A DNA stretch of 64,000 bases, taken from Vicingaceae bacterium. Lineage in GTDB: Bacteria; Bacteroidota; Bacteroidia; Flavobacteriales_E; Vicingaceae. The translations under genes and the position numbers were made by a program. The notes beneath the pieces are model-generated. The model did not search any database. It was not told where the DNA came from and worked only from the letters and a program-made list of their open reading frames with translations. This document shows, in pieces, positions 58,099 through 64,000 of this stretch. Where the stretch lies: positions 189,654 through 253,653 of the forward strand of contig OZ253956.1 in assembly GCA_965267355.1 (NCBI GenBank). The letters are read 5' to 3'. Every line of letters starts with the position of its first letter. Within the stretch, counting starts at the first letter, position 1.

Positions 58099-59298
58099 TT
58101 ACTCTATTGCCACAATTTTAACTACAACTTTCATATTCTTCATTTGATTTTTTTCATCTGAACCATCTGTACCCCCCATATTTCTTTCTACTCTTTCTTT
58201 TGGTATCCCTTTAGAAACAATATACTTATATGCTGCACTCACCCTTCTCCCATCCAATTTTTCCACATCACTTTCTGTTTTATCTTTATAGCCTGTAACA
58301 ACCACTTTTTCATCAATATTTTCTTTTAAATAAGTCACCACAAAATCTAATTTTTTAATTTCATCTGATGACAAATCAAAAGATTTAGGATTAAAACTAA
58401 TTTCCATCCCATCAACATTTTTTGCTGAATATTCAACCTTAGGAGCACCTGATTTATTAGCAGCATCAGTCATTGTTGTCCCATCAGTATTAATAATCTT
58501 TACTGTTTTTGTATTCACATTTTGATCACTAGAAAAATCTCTTTCTACTGTTTCAGCATTTTCCATCCCAGGAATTGCATCGCAATTACACTTACCCGCT
58601 TCTTCTTTAGCAACAACAGACACGTTGTCTATATAATAATACGCGTCATACTTTTGAGGCTTTGTAAATCCTTTTGGCCTTTTAATTCTTGGAGTCGTTA
58701 ACTTCTCATCTGGTGTAAAGTTTCCTATCACTAAATACTCTTCTCCACCTTTTGCTTTATAGACTCCACAAATTGGAGTCCAATAAAACTGCTGTTCGTA
58801 AACTGTTAATCGTTTACTAACTATGGCATTATCAAACTGCAAAATATCAGAATTATTTTCTTCAAGAGCTTTATCGCTAAGCGCAATTCCTATGTAATTA
58901 GAAGCATATTTAGACAAATCTGATAAACTAACATGAAAAGTAACACAATACTCTTTCCCTGCTTCAAGTTTCTGCGTTAACTTACCTTGCAAATATGTTC
59001 TTGGATACTTTCCTTTATATGCAAAAGCCCTTATTCCTGCATAGCCCTCACCTTCCATAGGTTTTTCTTCTCCATATTCATTATCAGGCACTGTAGATAA
59101 AAATGATTTAGAATTAGGATTATACAAATCAGCTGACTCTAATGTTGGAGAAGTCCATGGAGCAGCATATTCTATCATACCCCCTTCTTTCATTTTTTTA
59201 GCTTCTGTTTGTTTAAAAGTAGGGTTTTCAACCAAATTTGTTTGTGCAAAAACACCTATTGTAGCTATTGAAAATATTGTAAATAAGAACTTTCTCAT
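58099..59298 (-). CDS. OmpA-family protein with unknown N-terminal domain
   Basis: Signal peptide and a C-terminal OmpA-like domain (VVVTGYKDKTESDVEKLDGRRVSAAYKYIVSKGI). Confidence 0.55.
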   Translation of the reverse strand: MRKFLFTIFSIATIGVFAQTNLVENPTFKQTEAKKMKEGGMIEYAAPWTSPTLESADLYNPNSKSFLSTVPDNEYGEEKPMEGEGYAGIRAFAYKGKYPRTYLQGKLTQKLEAGKEYCVTFHVSLSDLSKYASNYIGIALSDKALEENNSDILQFDNAIVSKRLTVYEQQFYWTPICGVYKAKGGEEYLVIGNFTPDEKLTTPRIKRPKGFTKPQKYDAYYYIDNVSVVAKEEAGKCNCDAIPGMENAETVERDFSSDQNVNTKTVKIINTDGTTMTDAANKSGAPKVEYSAKNVDGMEISFNPKSFDLSSDEIKKLDFVVTYLKENIDEKVVVTGYKDKTESDVEKLDGRRVSAAYKYIVSKGIPKERVERNMGGTDGSDEKNQMKNMKVVVKIVAIE

Positions 59299-59380
59299 AA
59301 TAATTTGATTTTATGGCAAGTTTACAAATTTTATACCGAAAACTAAAAGTAGAGGAATTACTCAGAACACCATAATCAAA

Positions 59381-59400
59381 AAAGGCCGCCCGAAGGCGAC
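59381..59400 (-). terminator. terminator-like hairpin GGTCGCC-TTCG-GGCGGCC (minus strand; one G-U pair) followed by TTTTTT, directly after the 945-aa gene
   Basis: Stem-loop plus U-run seen in sequence. The top strand also has a flanking A-run, so it may act bidirectionally. Confidence 0.5.
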
Positions 59401-59407
59401 CCTTTTC

Positions 59408-62245
59408 TTAGTTCACACTCTTACCGTAAAAGTTAACCTTAAACAGTTCTTCTAAGAGCATTCTTTTACCATTATAAAATGGTGTTATCCAAGCATCTGT
59501 TTGACCAGCTTTTATTATTTTTTGACGAAGCACCTCTGCTTCAGCTAACGTTCTATATACCCCTTGTGTAAACCTTGTAATACCATCAGGATAACCAGTT
59601 ATTACAGGATTACCAAATTGTTTTAAATGATCCCATTTATAATTTTTTGGAAAACGGTAGGCTGCAATTTGAACCCTAAACTCTAATCCTTCTGCACAAG
59701 AATTACCACCCGTCTTAATTAATTTATCATAAACAACTTTGTCGTTTAAGTCTTTGCCAATAAACCAAGAGAAATCAATAATAGTATCATTTTCACATGG
59801 CCCTTTACTATATTCTTCCATAGTTTTTCTTTGACCAAAAACAAATACTGTTACAAAAGCATCTTCAGAAGCTTTTTCTTTTTCTTTTAACATCTGTCTA
59901 AACTCTTCTGCTTCAACCAATGTCTCAAAAGGTCCGAAAGTGTATCTAGTAATTCCATCTGGATAAGTTTTTTTGGTAATCTTTCCATATTTTTCTAAAT
60001 GTTGTAATTTAAAATCATTAGTATCCTTTACTGCTCCTATTTCAACTTTAAAAGTTAATCCAGTAATTGTTTTAGAGGCAGCATCAACTAAATCTTCTTT
60101 ATTTAAATTAACTTCTTTAGTTTCCTGCAAATCAATAGCACTTTCTTTATCATGAATTTCTTTATCTGTTTCTTTTGTTTCTTTATTAGTTAATTTTTCA
60201 TGAATATTTCCATCTGAAAATTCGGTTTTAGTGTACTCACTAACGTAGTATTGTTTGAAAGATTTTTCAACTCCATTATCATTTACATTTACTTCAACGT
60301 CTTTACAATTAGCATCTTGATTAACAATTTCTTTTTTAGCTACCTCAGAAGCCAAAAGAGTTTCAAATGGGCCTACAATTTTCTTTGAAGTTCCATCTGG
60401 ATATTCTACCGTGTTAATTTTAGCTTCTATTTCAGGAGTTATTTTTTCTGAATCTAAACACTCTGCATCAATAAAATATTCTACACCTGCTACTTTTTCT
60501 TCCCCTCTCTCGTTTAATATTTTTTCGTAAATCATTTCCTCATAACCCTCTTTTGTATTTTGTTTCCTAAACTTCTCAATCTGCTTATCTATTTTACCTT
60601 GTAATGGATCCAACTCATCAGCAACAGCAACACCTTCAACTTCTTCTTTAGAATATACATTAAAATCATGTTCTACCTGAACGTAAGTTTCTAAAGATTC
60701 AATATCAATGTAATCTATCTTTGTTTCATACCCTTCTACTTCAATAGCAATTTTATACTTATTTCCTGGGGTTAACGCCAACATATAGTTACCTGTAGTT
60801 GCGTTAGATTTATATTTTGCCACCTCTTCTCCTGTTTTATCATTAGAAACAGTAATATCAGCCTCTATTGGTTCTCCATCAGCCTTAGTTACACCAACTA
60901 CTAAAGCCAAAATTGGCCGTTTACCAAAGTGCCCTGGTGCTACAGTATAAATATCATGAGTTCCCTCATCACTTCTACCGGCAGTAGAATAATAACCTGT
61001 TTTTGCATCAGCAGAAAGCACATAATACCTATCATCATCAATAGTATTAACGGGGTGTCCAATATTTTGTGGTTCATCCCACCCTTCATCAGCTAAATAG
61101 GTATAAAAGATATCATACCCCCCCATACTATTCCTTCCTTTAGAACTGTAGTACATTGTTCTCATATCAGGATGTATAAAAGGTGCATCATCATCAAACC
61201 GTGTATTTATAGTTGGACCTAAATTGGCAATTTCTCCCCAAGTGTTATCAGGTTGTAATTTAGCAGAATACAAATCTCTACCTCCAAAACCACCTTCTCT
61301 ATCACTAGCAAAGTAAAGTGTTTTACCATCAGATGTAAGCGTAGCACTTCCTTCCCACGAATCATCAGTATTCACTTCGCCTAGTAATTTTTGCGGCTTA
61401 CCCCAAACATCCCCTTCCAATTCACTATAATAAATATCTCCTCTATTCCCTTTATCTTGCTTATATAAAAACAATGTCTGCCCATCAACTGAAAGAGCAA
61501 TACTTGCATCGTGTGAATTGGTATTTATATTATCTCCTATACTTTCTGGTTCTAGCCAATCATCACCCAACCTGTAAGAGATCATAATATCTTCATAATA
61601 CTGACCATCTTCATCTGGTTTACCTGTCTGATCCAATAAACCTCCTTTACTTTTATTACCTCTATAAGTAAATATCAATATCGATTCATCTGGTGTAATT
61701 ACAGGAACATATTCAGAGTGCTCAGTATTTATTGGTGAACCTAAACTAGTAATTTGAACCTCAACAGTATCTTTCATGTACTCTTTAGCATTCTGGCAAT
61801 AAATTATGTTTTGACGAGCCAATGCTTTTTGTTCATCTGAAACATCCTCATGAGCCATATACTCCTGATAAACTGTAATAGCTTCATCAAACTGATGATT
61901 TACCGCATAAGCCCTTCCAAGGTAAAAATTAACCTCATTAAATTCTGAATTAATTTGTTTTACTTCTTTCAATGTCTTTAAAGCGTCTTCTTTTTTGTTT
62001 TTAAAATAGGTATAACATATCCCTACCATTAATTTGTAATAAGGATCAGAAGGTTTATTATCAGATAGTTTTTGAAATAATTTTAATGCTTTTGGTATGT
62101 TCTTGCTATCTTCATCTTCATAATAAAATTCAGCCTTTTCCAGCATTTGCTTCTCTTGCTTACCCGAAAGTTTATCTTGAGAAAAAGTAGGACTAACAAA
62201 TATTGTTATTAACAATACAAGTGTAATATATGGCTTGATAATCAT
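59408..62245 (-). CDS. large envelope protein: TPR repeats, TolB/PD40-like beta-propeller, and three C-terminal SPOR-like (peptidoglycan-binding) repeats
   Basis: Signal peptide and an N-terminal architecture paralogous to the 53553..55571 gene. Repeated C-terminal blocks YPDGT.K...GPFETL..AE. Confidence 0.55.
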   Translation of the reverse strand: MIIKPYITLVLLITIFVSPTFSQDKLSGKQEKQMLEKAEFYYEDEDSKNIPKALKLFQKLSDNKPSDPYYKLMVGICYTYFKNKKEDALKTLKEVKQINSEFNEVNFYLGRAYAVNHQFDEAITVYQEYMAHEDVSDEQKALARQNIIYCQNAKEYMKDTVEVQITSLGSPINTEHSEYVPVITPDESILIFTYRGNKSKGGLLDQTGKPDEDGQYYEDIMISYRLGDDWLEPESIGDNINTNSHDASIALSVDGQTLFLYKQDKGNRGDIYYSELEGDVWGKPQKLLGEVNTDDSWEGSATLTSDGKTLYFASDREGGFGGRDLYSAKLQPDNTWGEIANLGPTINTRFDDDAPFIHPDMRTMYYSSKGRNSMGGYDIFYTYLADEGWDEPQNIGHPVNTIDDDRYYVLSADAKTGYYSTAGRSDEGTHDIYTVAPGHFGKRPILALVVGVTKADGEPIEADITVSNDKTGEEVAKYKSNATTGNYMLALTPGNKYKIAIEVEGYETKIDYIDIESLETYVQVEHDFNVYSKEEVEGVAVADELDPLQGKIDKQIEKFRKQNTKEGYEEMIYEKILNERGEEKVAGVEYFIDAECLDSEKITPEIEAKINTVEYPDGTSKKIVGPFETLLASEVAKKEIVNQDANCKDVEVNVNDNGVEKSFKQYYVSEYTKTEFSDGNIHEKLTNKETKETDKEIHDKESAIDLQETKEVNLNKEDLVDAASKTITGLTFKVEIGAVKDTNDFKLQHLEKYGKITKKTYPDGITRYTFGPFETLVEAEEFRQMLKEKEKASEDAFVTVFVFGQRKTMEEYSKGPCENDTIIDFSWFIGKDLNDKVVYDKLIKTGGNSCAEGLEFRVQIAAYRFPKNYKWDHLKQFGNPVITGYPDGITRFTQGVYRTLAEAEVLRQKIIKAGQTDAWITPFYNGKRMLLEELFKVNFYGKSVN

Positions 62246-62304
62246 TTTATAATCAGATTTATAGCTATTGATGCAGCTAAAATATAGGAAATAAAAGCTC
62301 TATT

Positions 62305-62343
62305 TTATTAACAATATTTACAGTTATTAACGCAGTTATTAAC
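62305..62343. repeat. three copies of the near-palindromic 9-mer GTTATTAAC in the divergent promoter region between the 945-aa gene and the M16 peptidase
   Basis: TTATTAAC at 62305, GTTATTAAC at 62323 and at 62335, with the second and third copies spaced 12 bp. Confidence 0.35.
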
Positions 62344-62359
62344 ACTGAATTAAATTTGA

Positions 62360-63631
62360 GTGATTTATATTTGTCAAAATTTTAAAAAACTCACCTCTAA
62401 TTTGGAGTATAATTTAATAGAATTAAAAAACGGCATTCGTATTATACACAAGCCCTGCAATGGAGAGGTTGCTCATTGTGGTTTTATTATTAATACAGGC
62501 TCCAGAGATGAATTACTAACTGAAAATGGAATTACTCATTTTATTGAACATGCCATTTTTAAAGGAACTAAAAAACGTAAGGCTTACCATATTTTAAACC
62601 GAATAGATAATGTCGGTGGAGAAATTAATGCCTATACCACCAAAGAAAACACTAATATTTACGCATCTTTTACTAGAGAGTATTTTGAACGAGCATTAGA
62701 ATTACTAGCTGATATTGTTTTTAACTCTACTTACCCCGAAAATGAAATTATAAAAGAAAAAGATGTAATCATTGATGAAATAAACTCTTACTTAGATAGT
62801 CCTTACGAACAAATTTATGACGATTTTGAAGAACAAGTTTTTAGTAAGCATCCTTTAGGAATGAATATTTTAGGAACTATAGATTCTGTAAATCAGATTA
62901 ATAGAAATCAAATCTTAGAGTTCATCAAAAAAAATTACCACACTGATGAAATTGTATTTAGCATGGTAGGTAATATCTCATTTAAAAAGATTGAACGATT
63001 AGTCAATAAATATTTAGCTGGCATACCTGAAAAACGAAGAAATAGTAAACGAAAAATTTTTAAAAACTACTTTGCAAATAACGAGGTTATACAAAAAGAT
63101 GTTTTTCAAACACACTGCATCATTGGTAATCAAGCATACGGAGCACATCATAAAAGTAAAAATGCTTTTATTCTGCTCAACAATATTTTAGGTGGCCCTG
63201 CAATGAACAGCAGGTTAAATATGGCCATTAGAGAAAAATATGGTTTCACTTACAACATTGAATCAGCCTATACCGTATATTCCGATACTGGCTTATTTTA
63301 TATTTATCTTGGTACCGATCAAAAATTTATTGATAAAAGCATAAAGCTGGTAAAACGAGAATTAAGGCTCCTAAAAAATAAAAAAATATCTCCAGCTCAA
63401 CTAGAGAAAGCTAAGAGACAGCTAATTGGACAAATCACATTATCGGAAGAAAACAATTGTAATGTAATGCTTGGCATGGGAAAGAGCTTATTACTTTATA
63501 ATAAAATTGACAGTTTACCTTCAATTTTTGAGAAAATTAACAAGATAACAGAGTTGGAACTACAAAACATTGCTAATGAAATTTTTGACGAAAACCAACT
63601 AAGTAGCTTAATATTCACTTCAAAAACATAA
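62360..63631 (+). CDS. M16 family zinc peptidase (insulinase/pitrilysin-like); GTG start as called, real start may be slightly downstream
   Basis: Inverted zincin motif HFIEH and a downstream Glu region; M16 N- and C-domains. Confidence 0.8.
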   Translation: MIYICQNFKKLTSNLEYNLIELKNGIRIIHKPCNGEVAHCGFIINTGSRDELLTENGITHFIEHAIFKGTKKRKAYHILNRIDNVGGEINAYTTKENTNIYASFTREYFERALELLADIVFNSTYPENEIIKEKDVIIDEINSYLDSPYEQIYDDFEEQVFSKHPLGMNILGTIDSVNQINRNQILEFIKKNYHTDEIVFSMVGNISFKKIERLVNKYLAGIPEKRRNSKRKIFKNYFANNEVIQKDVFQTHCIIGNQAYGAHHKSKNAFILLNNILGGPAMNSRLNMAIREKYGFTYNIESAYTVYSDTGLFYIYLGTDQKFIDKSIKLVKRELRLLKNKKISPAQLEKAKRQLIGQITLSEENNCNVMLGMGKSLLLYNKIDSLPSIFEKINKITELELQNIANEIFDENQLSSLIFTSKT

Positions 63632-63633
63632 CC

Positions 63634-64000
63634 ATGGATTTTTTACCTGAATCAATAGAACAATATGTATCAAAGCATACTGAAAAAGAGCCAGAAATAT
63701 TAGCCGAACTGAACCACGAAACCTGGGAAAAGGTTCTGATACCCAGAATGCTTTCTGGACATATACAAGGAAGAATATTGAGTATGCTTAGTCATATGAT
63801 ACAACCAAAGTATGTTTTAGAAATAGGCACTTACACTGGGTACTCTGCTTTATGCTTTGCTGAAGGCTTACAAAAAGAAGGTAAAATTCATACCATTGAT
63901 ATTAATGAGGAGCTAGAACCCATGGTAAACCGCTATATTGAAAAATCAGGATTGAAAAACAAAATAATAAATCATATAGGCAATGCTTTGGACATTATCC
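63634..64000 (+). CDS. class I SAM-dependent O-methyltransferase (caffeoyl-CoA OMT-like), 5' part; runs off the window end
   Basis: Manual translation gives MDFLPESIEQYVSKHTEKEPEILAEL...VLEIGTYTGYSALCFAEGL, the OMT family-3 pattern. No stop inside the window. Confidence 0.55.
   Translation, partial: MDFLPESIEQYVSKHTEKEPEILAELNHETWEKVLIPRMLSGHIQGRILSMLSHMIQPKYVLEIGTYTGYSALCFAEGLQKEGKIHTIDINEELEPMVNRYIEKSGLKNKIINHIGNALDII

Noticed and set aside
57940-58161. 73-aa plus-strand ORF between glnN and the OmpA-family gene
   Set aside because: It spans the glnN promoter, an inverted repeat and a strong terminator hairpin. Its composition is AT-rich nonsense (IFIKTKKPLP...), so it is regulatory DNA, not coding.
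1-64000. CRISPR arrays, IS elements, integrases and phage genes
   Set aside because: There are no regularly spaced direct repeats, and no transposase, integrase or recombinase-like ORFs. GC content and codon style are uniform across the window, so I see no evidence of a horizontally acquired island.

Overview
This 64-kb window reads as chromosomal DNA from a low-GC, AT-rich Bacteroidota genome, probably of the Flavobacteriia or Cytophagia type. The evidence is protein signatures (a type-A T9SS C-terminal sorting domain, glutamine synthetase type III, a fused E1 alpha/beta dehydrogenase, GH92/GH20/glycosylasparaginase glycan enzymes), TAnnTTTG-type -7 promoter boxes, no Shine-Dalgarno usage, and occasional GTG/TTG starts. 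Coding density is very high and many genes are translationally coupled by 4-bp start/stop overlaps. I found no rRNA, tRNA, CRISPR array, transposase or integrase.

The most interesting content, in window order:
1. A four-gene polyamine operon: speA, speB, a DUF155/RMD1 gene, and a deoxyhypusine-synthase-like gene that I read as homospermidine synthase.
2. A non-PUL N-glycan catabolic locus. It runs glycosylasparaginase (Tat signal), GH20 hexosaminidase, CutC, GH2 beta-mannosidase on one strand. A FucP-type MFS permease and a GH92 alpha-mannosidase lie on the other strand, divergent from a LacI regulator with a candidate operator. An orphan SiaC-like (DUF1987) gene plus a DUF4833 gene sit inside this locus. 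The GH20 and GH92 enzymes share a homologous discoidin/CBM32-like C-terminal domain.
3. An AsmA-like gene followed by a YqiJ/NfeD-like gene, a YqiK flotillin and a divergent 4Fe-4S mini-protein.
4. A T9SS-secreted multidomain PGRP-type peptidoglycan amidase.
5. A patatin-Omp85 fusion resembling type Vd PlpD.
6. A long same-strand array containing a coupled DUF2851-PspC-RCK potassium channel triplet.
7. glnN (GS-III) flanked by paralogous TPR/PD40 envelope proteins, one with an OmpA C-terminus and one with SPOR-like repeats, and a plain OmpA-family gene, with clear rho-independent terminators and an inverted repeat over the glnN promoter.

Smaller items: a structured two-hairpin intergenic element after metG; three GTTATTAAC repeats before an M16 peptidase; and likely mis-set N-termini in the ORF track for metG, purM, the Fer4 gene and the PepSY-like gene.
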